Origin: Minisyncoccota bacterium
GTDB lineage: Bacteria > Patescibacteriota > Minisyncoccia > Phycocordibacterales > UBA9973
DNA length: 64,000 nt
Reading direction: 5' to 3'
NCBI GenBank assembly: GCA_031413715.1
Contig: JANOFO010000009.1
Span: forward strand, 2,718 to 66,717
Made by a program: the position numbers and the translations under genes. Shown here in pieces: positions 18,854 through 28,721 of the stretch. The first letter of the stretch is position 1; the number at the start of each line of letters is the position of its first letter. The notes beneath the pieces were generated by a model. That model saw nothing but the letters and a program-made list of their open reading frames with translations. It did not search any database and was not told the origin of the DNA.

Positions 18854-20875
18854 TTATATAATCAGGTAATCAATTGTCTTTTTGTTCATATCCGCGCTTC
18901 TGACTTCAAATTTTACTCGATCTCCGAGAGTATACTTCTTGTGTGTTTTTTTGCCGCTGATACTCATATGCTTTTTATCAAATGTATAATAATCATCCTT
19001 AAGATCTCGCATCCGGACCATACCTTCGCATTTTGTTTTCATATCCTCTATATAGAGACCCCATTCGGTCACTCCCGTAATAATACCATCGAATTTCTCC
19101 CCTATGCGGGTCGACATATATTCCACCTGCTTGTATTTAATAGATGCACGCTCTGCTTCGGCAGCTTCTTTCTCACGATTAGATGCCTCTGTACTCATCT
19201 CTTCATATTCTTTCCATTCTTCCTTTGGAACATTCTTGTTATCGAGGAAATATGATAGGAGGCGATGGACGAGAACATCTGGATATCTTCTGATTGGGGA
19301 TGTGAAGTGAGTATATGATTTAAATCCAAGTCCGTAGTGACCAATGTTTTTTGTAGAGTAAATCGCTTTAGCCATAGTGCGGATAATGGCAGTGTGGACG
19401 GTATCGCGAAGAGGATTGTGCTCAAGCTTACCGACAAGCACATTGATCTCTTCTGACGGTATGATTCCATCTTTTAGTTTCATATTGTAGCCAAGCTTCT
19501 TTAGAAATGTAACAAGATCTTGCATCTTTTCTTTATCCGGCAAGCCATGGATGCGATATACGAAGACGCCGTGATTGGGGCTCTTTTTTGCTGTCATGTG
19601 TTCAGCGACACGCTTATTTGCGAGAAGCATAAACTCCTCGATAAGTTTGTGAGTATCTCCTCGTTCTTTTGTGTAAACAGAAAGAGGTACACCATGTGAA
19701 TCAAGCTTGAATTTCACTTCTTCTTGGTCTAACGATATCGCACCTTCCTCAAATCGCTTATTGAGTAGTTTCTTTGCTATCTTATTGAGAGTCAAAAGTT
19801 CGTCAAAGAATATACCCTGTCCATCATCGAGAACTTTCTGTGCATTCTCATACGTGAATCGCTTGTCAGAATGTATGACAGTTCTTCCAAACCACTCGGC
19901 ATGGACCTCACCATCCTTATCAAGCTCAAATATTGCTGAGAAGGTGAGTCGATCTACATCGGGATTCAAACTACACAGACCATTTGAAAGCTCTTCAGGA
20001 AGCATTGGAATCGTACGGTCGACAAGATAGACAGAGGTGCCACGCTCGCGCGCTTCTCTATCAAGTGCCGTGCCAAGGCGTACATAGTGCGATACGTCAG
20101 CGATGTGGATGCCGATTTCAAAATGACCATTTGAGAGTTTTTTGAAAGAAAGCGCATCATCGAAATCTTTAGCATCTTCGGGGTCAATCGTGAATGTCGT
20201 GATACCGCGCATGTCTTTTCGCTTACTTTTTTCTTCTTCAGTGATGCCTATTTTTCCAATTTCTTCTGCTTCTCTTTCCACAGTTGGAGGGAAAACCGCA
20301 TCGAATCCTTTTTCAAGAGCGATGGCTTCCATCTCGGCATTGTGTTCCATAGGCTCTCCTAAAACTTTTGCGACTTCTCCCACTGGCGCTTTCTTGGCAT
20401 CTTTCCAATCGGTTATAACCACGAAAACTTTCTGTCCGACGCGCGCGCCATTTAGTCCACTCTCAGGGATGATGATATCCGAATACATTTTTAGGTCACT
20501 CGGAATCAGGAAGTACATGTCATGCTCTTTTTCCAAAACTCCCGAAAAGCCCTTCTTTGACCGTCTAAGCACTTCAGCCACTTCACCGCTCTGTGTGTCG
20601 TCTCTCTTTGTTGGATGCAGTAGTACCCGGACAGTGTCGCCGTGACAGGCGGTATGCAAAAAAGTATGATCTACTTCTACTGTGTCATTGGTATGCTTTA
20701 TGCGCACAGTTCCCACACCCTTATGCGAGATACTGATAATGCCTTCTATATAGCGACTATTGTGCGTGTGAGCTTTTAGCGTATCTGGCTTTCTAGTCGT
20801 ATTATTTCTAAGGTCCCTAGCTTTTTTGCCATCCGATCTTGGTCGGTTACTTGCTTGTCTTTTCTGATTTTTCAC
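18854..20875 (-). CDS. rnr: Ribonuclease R
   Basis: TIDPEDAKDFDDA, HIADVSHYV, RGTSVYL, HFTSPIRRYPD, C-terminal S1; GTG start. Confidence 0.95.
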   Translation of the reverse strand: MKNQKRQASNRPRSDGKKARDLRNNTTRKPDTLKAHTHNSRYIEGIISISHKGVGTVRIKHTNDTVEVDHTFLHTACHGDTVRVLLHPTKRDDTQSGEVAEVLRRSKKGFSGVLEKEHDMYFLIPSDLKMYSDIIIPESGLNGARVGQKVFVVITDWKDAKKAPVGEVAKVLGEPMEHNAEMEAIALEKGFDAVFPPTVEREAEEIGKIGITEEEKSKRKDMRGITTFTIDPEDAKDFDDALSFKKLSNGHFEIGIHIADVSHYVRLGTALDREARERGTSVYLVDRTIPMLPEELSNGLCSLNPDVDRLTFSAIFELDKDGEVHAEWFGRTVIHSDKRFTYENAQKVLDDGQGIFFDELLTLNKIAKKLLNKRFEEGAISLDQEEVKFKLDSHGVPLSVYTKERGDTHKLIEEFMLLANKRVAEHMTAKKSPNHGVFVYRIHGLPDKEKMQDLVTFLKKLGYNMKLKDGIIPSEEINVLVGKLEHNPLRDTVHTAIIRTMAKAIYSTKNIGHYGLGFKSYTHFTSPIRRYPDVLVHRLLSYFLDNKNVPKEEWKEYEEMSTEASNREKEAAEAERASIKYKQVEYMSTRIGEKFDGIITGVTEWGLYIEDMKTKCEGMVRMRDLKDDYYTFDKKHMSISGKKTHKKYTLGDRVKFEVRSADMNKKTIDYLII

Positions 20876-21034
20876 ACTAAAAGTATAGCATAAAATTGTG
20901 CTCTCCTCAGTTAAATCCCTTGATTATTCAAAGATTGAATTTTGACAGACGAGACGAGAAAAAGTTGACATTTATTATAAATTTGGTATAATATAATTTA
21001 CATTATCATTTAAAAGCAGTATTATATAATTTAT

Positions 21035-23128
21035 ATGCAAGAACAAAACAAGCCCTCAGATTCTATAGCGAAAAAACTCCAATTACTTAAGAATAAAAAT
21101 ATAGAAGAAAAACAGGCTCCTGTTCGTGCTCGGATTAAGAAAGTTCAAGAAGACTTATATTTTCTTACTGTAATTAAAGGGTCACTCACACTGAAGTCAC
21201 AACAAGTTCCAGGCTCTAATTCCACTGAGAGTGGCATAGGTATGTCAGAATACAAAGATAGCATTAATTCAATGCTTGAAGAAAAAGAGCATGCACTAAA
21301 GGATCTATTTGCATCTCATAAAGACGACCTAGCGCCTCTTGGTGTTCTAAAATGGGAAGACTTACTTACGAATAATGAATTTAAAGATGGAGTAGAAGCC
21401 AATGAATATAACCAAGCTGTCGAAGAAAACGAGATACTTGCCAAAACTGATACCACGCTTCATGAAAGACTAAAAGCACTCGATGTATTGCCACCAAGTA
21501 ATGACTTTTCTTATGCGCTAGCCACTCAAGCAGTTGATAAGAAAATTGGCGAACTAAAGAAAGAACTTGTAGAAAAAACAAAAGAATTCCCAGAAGAAAG
21601 AAAAAAACTTCTTCAAAGTATGATTCTGGAATATAAATTAAAACCCAATGGCCTAAAATTCAATATTAAGGATAATGCTGCAGAAGATTTTGACCTAACT
21701 CAAGATTCAATAGAGAAATCTCAATCAGACTTTTTTGCGTTAGAGCAAAAATACGGAAGCGATTTTGCTTATGAAGTGCTAAGAGAGACATACCGACCAA
21801 ATGTCCACGATCAGATTCGTAAGTATGATAATAATAATGAACATGTTCTCTCACTCTCTGAGCAGATAAAAGCTATTTCTCCTGAGGTAAAGAAGAGAGC
21901 TTTGGAGTTGCTCACTGAATTTCAAAGAGTTCAAGTAGTATGCATAGAAATGCTTAATGTCAAATCTGAAGAATTGAAGGGAAAGGGATTAGTTCTTGAC
22001 CCTGTCAATCTTCCTAATAGTTACGGTCTTACGTATCAAGAAATCATTGGTTTAACCAGCCATCCTGAAATGACCCAAAGTTATGAAAATAGCATTAAAG
22101 ATGAAGGATTTCCTCCAAAGTTTAATCTTAGCGATCTTTCTGCGAGATTAGAAAGTAGAACAGAGGCAGTTAAAAATTTTACTGAACAAATTAAAGGTAT
22201 TGAAGATCAAGAAAGCTTAAAAGCATTTTACGATGCCGGAGATAAAGGTCAAATAGCTAAATTACATTTCAATCTGTTGCACCAAAAAGATTTGTACAAT
22301 TTTAAATTTGTTGAAGAAAACTACGACTCTAGTAACAAATCACCTCTTAAAGAAGTAATTTCTAAGATAAGAGGCTCAAAAACATACGAAGAAGCAGAGA
22401 AATACCTTGCTGAGAAGAGAGCTAAACTCCAAGCTATGGAAGATAATGTTCTTTTGAAAGTTGAATATAAATCAAAAGATCGACATATATATAATAAATT
22501 GGAGGTTCTTTTTGCGAATGTGAGAGAAGCGGAGAATAGAAATAAAATTGCGTACATGACTGATGTTTTAAGGCGGACAGATAAAATAGAAGAACTCAAA
22601 GGTCCGTTTAATATTGCAATTGATGATGTGAAAGAAAGAATGAGACTTTATTCCGATTCTGAACCAGTTACTATTAATGAATGGGTCTTTAAAATCAATT
22701 CTTTCGATAGTTCAATATTTGCTGTGGAGTCGCGAATTCATCAATTAGAAAAAGAATTAAGAGATAAAATAAAAGAAGTAAAGATAAAACAAGAAAAAAA
22801 TCCCGGGAAAGATAGGTGGTTCAGTTTGAGTTCAAAGCATGCAGTATGGGAGTCAGAATTAGAAAAGTTAATGATAGAAGAAAGAGACTTAAGTAACAAT
22901 ATAAAAAATGAAGAAGAAAAGCTACGTGTTTTAAAAAAGGAATCGGTATTGGCGATGCCAAATGGTGATTCTTTTTCAATGTTCTTGGATAGGTTACAGT
23001 TTACTGGAACTAAAGCTGAAGTTTTCCAAGAGTTAGAAAGGATAGTAAAAGAAAAAACAGAACCTAAATTTCCACCAGGTGCTCTTGAACTATATAAACA
23101 ATATCAAGATTTACCTAAAGAGAGCTAA
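21035..23128 (+). CDS. Large K/E-rich coiled-coil hypothetical protein
   Basis: 697-aa ORF; TTGACA-16-TATAAT promoter upstream (about 20965-20992). Confidence 0.7.
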   Translation: MQEQNKPSDSIAKKLQLLKNKNIEEKQAPVRARIKKVQEDLYFLTVIKGSLTLKSQQVPGSNSTESGIGMSEYKDSINSMLEEKEHALKDLFASHKDDLAPLGVLKWEDLLTNNEFKDGVEANEYNQAVEENEILAKTDTTLHERLKALDVLPPSNDFSYALATQAVDKKIGELKKELVEKTKEFPEERKKLLQSMILEYKLKPNGLKFNIKDNAAEDFDLTQDSIEKSQSDFFALEQKYGSDFAYEVLRETYRPNVHDQIRKYDNNNEHVLSLSEQIKAISPEVKKRALELLTEFQRVQVVCIEMLNVKSEELKGKGLVLDPVNLPNSYGLTYQEIIGLTSHPEMTQSYENSIKDEGFPPKFNLSDLSARLESRTEAVKNFTEQIKGIEDQESLKAFYDAGDKGQIAKLHFNLLHQKDLYNFKFVEENYDSSNKSPLKEVISKIRGSKTYEEAEKYLAEKRAKLQAMEDNVLLKVEYKSKDRHIYNKLEVLFANVREAENRNKIAYMTDVLRRTDKIEELKGPFNIAIDDVKERMRLYSDSEPVTINEWVFKINSFDSSIFAVESRIHQLEKELRDKIKEVKIKQEKNPGKDRWFSLSSKHAVWESELEKLMIEERDLSNNIKNEEEKLRVLKKESVLAMPNGDSFSMFLDRLQFTGTKAEVFQELERIVKEKTEPKFPPGALELYKQYQDLPKES

Positions 23129-23167
23129 ACTATTGATTAGTTGTATCCTATATGCTACTATAGCCCT

Positions 23168-23473
23168 ATGCTAAAAATCAGGTTACAAAGAATAGGCCGA
23201 AAGAATGACGCGAGTTTCCGAGTTGTTTTAACTGATTCTAAAAATGCTGCTAAAAGCGGTAAATTTAAAGAAATACTGGGTTCTTACAACCTAAAGACAA
23301 ACGAGGTGCTTTTCAAGGCTGACCGTATCAAACACTGGATGAGTCATGGTGCAAAAGCTTCTGATACAGTGCATAATTTCTTGGTAAAACAGAAACTCAT
23401 TGATGGCAAGAAAAAAAATGTACTTTCAAGAAAGACTCCTACGAAAGCTCGCAAAGAACTAAAAAATAAGTAA
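23168..23473 (+). CDS. rpsP: 30S ribosomal protein S16
   Basis: MLKIRLQRIGRKN...EILGSYN...GAKASDTV. Confidence 0.95.
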   Translation: MLKIRLQRIGRKNDASFRVVLTDSKNAAKSGKFKEILGSYNLKTNEVLFKADRIKHWMSHGAKASDTVHNFLVKQKLIDGKKKNVLSRKTPTKARKELKNK

Positions 23474-23584
23474 AATAGCCCCATCTGTGGCTATTTTCTT
23501 GTTTTATGAGTGTGATATAATAGAAAGAAGGCAGGTTTCTAGTCGATACACTGCATAGATTACGAATAATACGAAAAAGATTTT

Positions 23585-23920
23585 ATGGCAGATGATAAAG
23601 GGTTTCTTGAATATATAGTTAAAGCGTTAGTTGATAATCCAGACGATGTAAAAATTGATCGAACCGTTGATGAGATGGGAGTGTTGATTACTATGACAGT
23701 CAATGCCGCAGACATGGGTAAAATAATCGGTCGCCAAGGCAATACCGCTAAAGCGATCCGCACATTGCTCCGGGTTATCGGCATGAAGAATAATGCGCGC
23801 GTCAATCTCAAAATCAATGAGCCGGAAGGTGGTACTCACCACACTGCTTCCTCTCCTAATGATTCAGGCGAAGCATCTAGATCAGTTGATGCAGCACTCG
23901 AAGACTTGAAGGGAATATAG
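23585..23920 (+). CDS. khpA: KH-domain RNA-binding protein KhpA
   Basis: LEYIVKALVDNPDDV, DMGKIIGRQGNTAKAIRTLL; position between rpsP and trmD. Confidence 0.9.
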   Translation: MADDKGFLEYIVKALVDNPDDVKIDRTVDEMGVLITMTVNAADMGKIIGRQGNTAKAIRTLLRVIGMKNNARVNLKINEPEGGTHHTASSPNDSGEASRSVDAALEDLKGI

Positions 23921-24625
23921 ATGCATTTCCATGTTGTAACACTATTTCCTGAAATGTTCGATTCGTATTTAGGCGAATCTATTTTGGGGCGGGCGATAAA
24001 ACAAAAAAAGATACGTGTCTCATTTGTAAATCCACGCACGTTTGCAACTGGGAAATATAGAAAAGTCTGGCCTGATGGCAATGTTTCTCAACAAATTGAT
24101 GAGCGTCCATATGCCGGTGGTCCTGGGATGGTTATGATGGCAGAACCAATTATAAAAGCGGTAGGACAAATTTATAAAAAAATATCTAAGAAGAAAAAAA
24201 CAAAAATTCTTACGATAAATTTTATTCCAACTGCTTTAAAATTTACTACCAAATCAGCAAAACAGATTTCTAAGAAATATACAGATATTATTTTAATCTG
24301 TGGTCGATACGAAGGTATCGATGCGCGTGTAGACAAGATATTGAAAACGAAAAAGTTTTCAATAGGGGACTATGTGCTGACCGGAGGGGAAATCCCGGCC
24401 ATGGTGCTTATTGATTCTATTTCCCGACAAGTGGAGGGCGTCTTAGGCAACTTTGATTCCCGCGAAGAAGAGCGCACATCATCGAGCGAAGTCTATACTC
24501 GTCCTGAAAAATTAGTCTATAAAGGAAAAGCGTACAAGGTTCCAAAAGTACTCCTCTCCGGAGACCATAAAAAAATAGAAAGCTGGAAAAAGGATCAAAA
24601 TAAAGATCAAAGAGACTGTGGATAA
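23921..24625 (+). CDS. trmD: tRNA (guanine-N1)-methyltransferase
   Basis: TLFPEMF, PYAGGPGMVM, CGRYEGID, SIGDYVLTGGE, VPKVLLSGDH. Confidence 0.96.
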   Translation: MHFHVVTLFPEMFDSYLGESILGRAIKQKKIRVSFVNPRTFATGKYRKVWPDGNVSQQIDERPYAGGPGMVMMAEPIIKAVGQIYKKISKKKKTKILTINFIPTALKFTTKSAKQISKKYTDIILICGRYEGIDARVDKILKTKKFSIGDYVLTGGEIPAMVLIDSISRQVEGVLGNFDSREEERTSSSEVYTRPEKLVYKGKAYKVPKVLLSGDHKKIESWKKDQNKDQRDCG

Positions 24626-24628
24626 CTT
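24616..24628 (-). promoter_or_regulatory. DnaA-box within AAGTTATCCACAG (minus strand)
   Basis: ctgtggataactt, overlapping trmD stop, upstream of surface cluster 2. Confidence 0.5.
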
Positions 24629-24711
24629 AAGTCTTAAAACTAGGTGTTTCCTTGCTATATAGACTCCTTTTTGACATAATGGAAATATAATAAATAATTA
24701 AAATAATTATA

Positions 24712-25353
24712 ATGAAAACTGCTTTTACTAAAATTGCTTCTTTAACCTTGGTCTCACTTATTTCTCTTCAAGCATTCTATACGGTCGTTTTTGAACCTTC
24801 CCTAGCTGAGGCAGTTACTGACAACGTCATCGTAACTCTGACAGTCGATGCAGGCATCACTATTTCAGACGGTGCAGCTGTTACTATGTCTCCCAACATT
24901 GGTATTAGTGCCAATGGCTCCATAGGCTCTTCCTCTTGGGTTGTTACAACTAATGATGCTGATGGATATACCTTGGCTGTACAAGCTTCAGCTTCTCCTG
25001 CTCTTGCAAGCGGTGGCAACTCATTTGCTGATTATACGGAAGCGGTTGCCGGGACTCCTGAAGTATGGAGCGTGCCGGGTGGATCGAAAGAATTCGGGTA
25101 CTCAGCGTTCGGGACTGATACATCAACTGCAGAATATGGAACAGGCGCTTCATGCGGTTCAGCCGGAGCGCCGACTGGTACTGCAAAGTATGAAGGATTT
25201 GATACATCTCCTAATACGATTGCTACAAGGGCGAGCGTCACTCCAACTACTGGAATAACAACTACAATTTGTTTTGCTGCTGAACAAGACACGACCTTTG
25301 CAGCTGCTGGTACCTACACTGCAACTATTACCGGCACTGCGCTTGCATTGTAA
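24712..25353 (+). CDS. Secreted WxL-like/fimbrial-subunit-like protein
   Basis: Signal peptide; VTTNDADGYTL; FGYSAFG; C-terminal AGTYTATITGTALAL; paralog of 26365..27141 C-half. Confidence 0.6.
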   Translation: MKTAFTKIASLTLVSLISLQAFYTVVFEPSLAEAVTDNVIVTLTVDAGITISDGAAVTMSPNIGISANGSIGSSSWVVTTNDADGYTLAVQASASPALASGGNSFADYTEAVAGTPEVWSVPGGSKEFGYSAFGTDTSTAEYGTGASCGSAGAPTGTAKYEGFDTSPNTIATRASVTPTTGITTTICFAAEQDTTFAAAGTYTATITGTALAL

Positions 25354-25383
25354 AAGAAGTCTTAATTAAGTATCTCTAAATTT

Positions 25384-26355
25384 GTGAAGCAATCATTCCG
25401 AAATAAAACAGTCTTTTATATATTTCTTATTCTTGTCTTTTTTTCATCAGGGAGTGTTTTTGCATATCAAAAAAGTAAGATTGATATAACTCCGCAAAAT
25501 GACTTTGTGGTAGAACCGGGAAAAACTGAGATCTTTCTCAATCCAGGGGAGTCAACTGTCAAGAATATCACTATTACGAATAGAATTGATAGGAATGTTA
25601 ATTTCAAACTAACAACTGAAGACATAATCGGAACAGATAATCCTCTTGAACAGATTGTGCTTCTTGGCGATGAAGCGAGCCCGTATTCACTGAAAGACTT
25701 AATTAAGCCTGAAATCAATGAATTCTCGCTTGCACTTGGGGAAAAAATAGTAATACCTGTTAGCATTTCAGTTCCTGTTGATGCAGAGCCACGCGGGTAC
25801 TATGGAGCTCTTATTGTTTCTAACGATCCCGAAAAGGTAGCGACTAGTAATACAACAGAAGCAGAGAGTAAAACTCGTATAGTTTCACGAATAGGCTCTT
25901 TATTCCTAGTTAAAATAAATGGACAAGGAAAGGAAGAAGGCGCCCTTGATAGCTTTGGCCTAATAGGCCCTAAAAAGTCTTTTTATGAAAAGAGGCCAAC
26001 AGGATTTTCAATTGGATTTAAAAATACTGGAAATGTCCACTTAGTACCGTACGGAGAAGTGACTATTAAGAACATGCTTGGTAGGACTGTTGGCCAGATT
26101 CCTGTCGATGCTTATTTTGCTCTTCCAGATTCTATACGTTATCGAGAAGTTGTTTGGACTGAAGGCTTCGGGCTTGGTCACTACACTGCGCACCTATCTT
26201 TATATAAAGGATACGGCAATGAATATGATGAATCAAAAATCGGCTTTTGGGTACTGCCATGGAAAGTACTCCTCTCAATCTTGGGAGTCCTAGTGGTTCT
26301 TGTTTCACTTATATACTATATTTCTACTCGATTTGAACTAAGAAAGAAGAAGTAA
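25384..26355 (+). CDS. DUF916/WxL-interacting-protein-like membrane-anchored protein
   Basis: VEPGKTEIFLNPGE, VPVDAEPRGYYGAL, FKNTGNVHLVPYG, C-terminal TM plus RKKK. Confidence 0.65.
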   Translation: MKQSFRNKTVFYIFLILVFFSSGSVFAYQKSKIDITPQNDFVVEPGKTEIFLNPGESTVKNITITNRIDRNVNFKLTTEDIIGTDNPLEQIVLLGDEASPYSLKDLIKPEINEFSLALGEKIVIPVSISVPVDAEPRGYYGALIVSNDPEKVATSNTTEAESKTRIVSRIGSLFLVKINGQGKEEGALDSFGLIGPKKSFYEKRPTGFSIGFKNTGNVHLVPYGEVTIKNMLGRTVGQIPVDAYFALPDSIRYREVVWTEGFGLGHYTAHLSLYKGYGNEYDESKIGFWVLPWKVLLSILGVLVVLVSLIYYISTRFELRKKK

Positions 26356-26364
26356 AATTGTTAT

Positions 26365-27141
26365 ATGAAAGCATTACACTCTTTTATAAAAAGTAGAAAT
26401 GCTAGATTTATCTGTTTTGTGATTATTATCCTGATTTCTATACCTTCAAGGAGCATTTTAGCAGAAATGATGCAAAGTACCGGTTATAAAATCGAATCTG
26501 ACAGCATCAATATTGAAGGGAAAAATTCGTCAAGCACAAGTTATATTCTCGATGATACAGCGGGTGAGCTTAGTACTGGAGATTCAAATAGCACTAATTT
26601 TTATATGCATGCAGGCTTTTGGCAGATGCAGGAAAGTTATATTTCTATTTCTACTCCTTCTGATCTTGCCCTTACCTCTATACAAGGTTTGTCTGGAGGT
26701 GCTACGGAGGGTACGCTAGACTGGCTTGTGAAGACTGACAATGTCGCGGGATACACTATGACCATAGCTTCCTCTACAACTCCATCCCTTCAATCTGGCT
26801 CGGATTCATTTGCTGACTATGCCCCAAGCGGTGGTAACCCTGACTATACATTTACTAATACTGCCGCTAATTCGTCATTTGGGTTTTCTCCAGAAGGTAC
26901 TGAAGTTACACAGAGATATAAAGATAATGGCTCAATATGCAATACGGGTTCATCAGAGGCATCAGGTAAGTGCTGGGATGGACTTTCGACTACTCCGAAA
27001 ACTATAGCAGGTAGTACAACGAGCAATCACACTGCCGGAAATACTACTACGGTTAGATTCCGGGCTGAATCAGGTGCAAGTCATATTCAAACTTCTGGAG
27101 ATTACACGGTATCAATCATAATAACTGCTATGACATTATGA
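26365..27141 (+). CDS. Secreted WxL-like protein
   Basis: MQSTGYKIESDS N-region; VKTDNVAGYTM; FGFSPEG; SGDYTVSIIITAMTL. Confidence 0.6.
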   Translation: MKALHSFIKSRNARFICFVIIILISIPSRSILAEMMQSTGYKIESDSINIEGKNSSSTSYILDDTAGELSTGDSNSTNFYMHAGFWQMQESYISISTPSDLALTSIQGLSGGATEGTLDWLVKTDNVAGYTMTIASSTTPSLQSGSDSFADYAPSGGNPDYTFTNTAANSSFGFSPEGTEVTQRYKDNGSICNTGSSEASGKCWDGLSTTPKTIAGSTTSNHTAGNTTTVRFRAESGASHIQTSGDYTVSIIITAMTL

Positions 27142-28202
27142 TTAAATCATCCCGCACTCTAATTTTACTTGGATTTTTTCTGTCCCTCACTTTTTCTACA
27201 TTCATTGGAAAAATTCAAGCTGGAACCGATGGAATAAATGTAAAACTCGGTGTTAATGGATGTGATAATAACGGAATATGCGAAGCAAGCAATGGTGAGG
27301 ATGTCAATAGTTGTCCGAATGATTGCACAGTAATTCCATTAGGTACTGGAAGTGGAAGCGGTGGGGGAGGAACATTTTCTATTAATTCTAGTAATTTTCA
27401 CGATCTAGTAATAGATGTTAGTTTAACTGATGCGACTATAGAGTGGAAGACTGCAATGCCCACTCTTACTGTTCTAAAGTGGGGAGAGAGTACTGATTAC
27501 GTGAGTGGCACTATCGGAGGCTACTTTTTTTTCAGGGATCATAAAGCTGAACTTATTAATTTGAAAAGCAATACTCGGTATTATTTCTCTATCAGTGGTC
27601 AGAATATTTATGGCACAATAATACAACCATACGTTGGTACATTTGTGACATCCACACCTCCAGACACAACACCTCCTAGTAAACCAAAAATCACAAACAA
27701 GATTATAAGTGCAGATGCAATCAAGCTAACATGGATCAATCCCTCCGATATAGATTTTGATTATGTTCGTTTGATGCGCAGTGAAAAATCCTTCCCAAAA
27801 ACTCCATTCACTGGCAAACTCATCTATGAGAATAAGAGGCAATATTTCACAGATCTAAATGTAACTCCGGTGAAAAAATATTATTATTCGCTTTTTGCCC
27901 GTGATAAAACTGGCAACTTTTCTTTAGGTGCAGAAGTATTTGCCCAGATGGAAATTAAGATAGTCACATGCGATCTTGATCCGTCACTATGTGCAGATAT
28001 TCCTTCTCTCTCACCACAAACCGATAATAGAAATATACCCATTACATTTCCTACCTTAAAATCATATTCCTACATAACAGTGCCTTCTACTATGACAGCT
28101 TCTCTGTCAATGCTAGAAATCAAGATAAACTCTTTTAAGATTAAAATAAAGGGGATTATTTCAACCCTCCAATCATTTTTTATAAATAAGCTTAATTTTT
28201 AA
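27138..28202 (+). CDS. Secreted protein with Cys-rich motif and fibronectin type III-like domains
   Basis: CDNNGICE...EDVNSCPNDC; ATIEWKT...LKSNTRYYFSI; DTTPP...LTWINP...YYYSLFARD..GNFS. Confidence 0.7.
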   Translation: MIKSSRTLILLGFFLSLTFSTFIGKIQAGTDGINVKLGVNGCDNNGICEASNGEDVNSCPNDCTVIPLGTGSGSGGGGTFSINSSNFHDLVIDVSLTDATIEWKTAMPTLTVLKWGESTDYVSGTIGGYFFFRDHKAELINLKSNTRYYFSISGQNIYGTIIQPYVGTFVTSTPPDTTPPSKPKITNKIISADAIKLTWINPSDIDFDYVRLMRSEKSFPKTPFTGKLIYENKRQYFTDLNVTPVKKYYYSLFARDKTGNFSLGAEVFAQMEIKIVTCDLDPSLCADIPSLSPQTDNRNIPITFPTLKSYSYITVPSTMTASLSMLEIKINSFKIKIKGIISTLQSFFINKLNF

Positions 28203-28215
28203 GGACAATATATAG

Positions 28216-28228
28216 ATGTGTATAACTT
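28216..28228 (-). promoter_or_regulatory. DnaA-box variant TTATACACA
   Basis: atgtgtataactt upstream of 28348. Confidence 0.45.
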
Positions 28229-28347
28229 AGCCTTATTTTATTGGAAAATAAGGCTTTTTGATTTATAATATCTTTATATCGAGTTTAGTTAAAATTTAAC
28301 AAATTTTAACCTCGGCTATCCGAGATCTCCTTATTTTACTTCACTAA

Positions 28348-28716
28348 ATGAACTTATTAAAAAAAGTCGTTCCACTAAGCCAAGCAGCAAAACTCTCCGG
28401 CTACAACCAAGACTACTTGGGCTATTTAATCCGTGTAGGAGAAATTAAGGGGCAAAAAGTCGGCCGGGGATGGGTTACAACTGAAGAAGAAATAAAAAAT
28501 TATCTTTTAAAGCAGAAGATTCGTCAAAAAAAATTAGCACTCTTGGACTTCTTTACCCGAGAGCGTAATAAAAAGATTATCCTAACCACCATCATATTGT
28601 TTGTAGTCAGTTTTTCGACGTGGTTTTATATTCTAGATCATAAGAATTTTCATGCAACTGGTGTCCAATCTTCACTTACTTCTGAATCTGAAAAATTACA
28701 GGAAAAGGAAAATTAA
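28348..28716 (+). CDS. Excisionase/MerR-like HTH protein with a TM helix
   Basis: LSQAAKLSGYNQDYLGYLIRVGEIKGQKVGRGWVT, then hydrophobic segment. Confidence 0.75.
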   Translation: MNLLKKVVPLSQAAKLSGYNQDYLGYLIRVGEIKGQKVGRGWVTTEEEIKNYLLKQKIRQKKLALLDFFTRERNKKIILTTIILFVVSFSTWFYILDHKNFHATGVQSSLTSESEKLQEKEN

Positions 28717-28721
28717 AAAAT

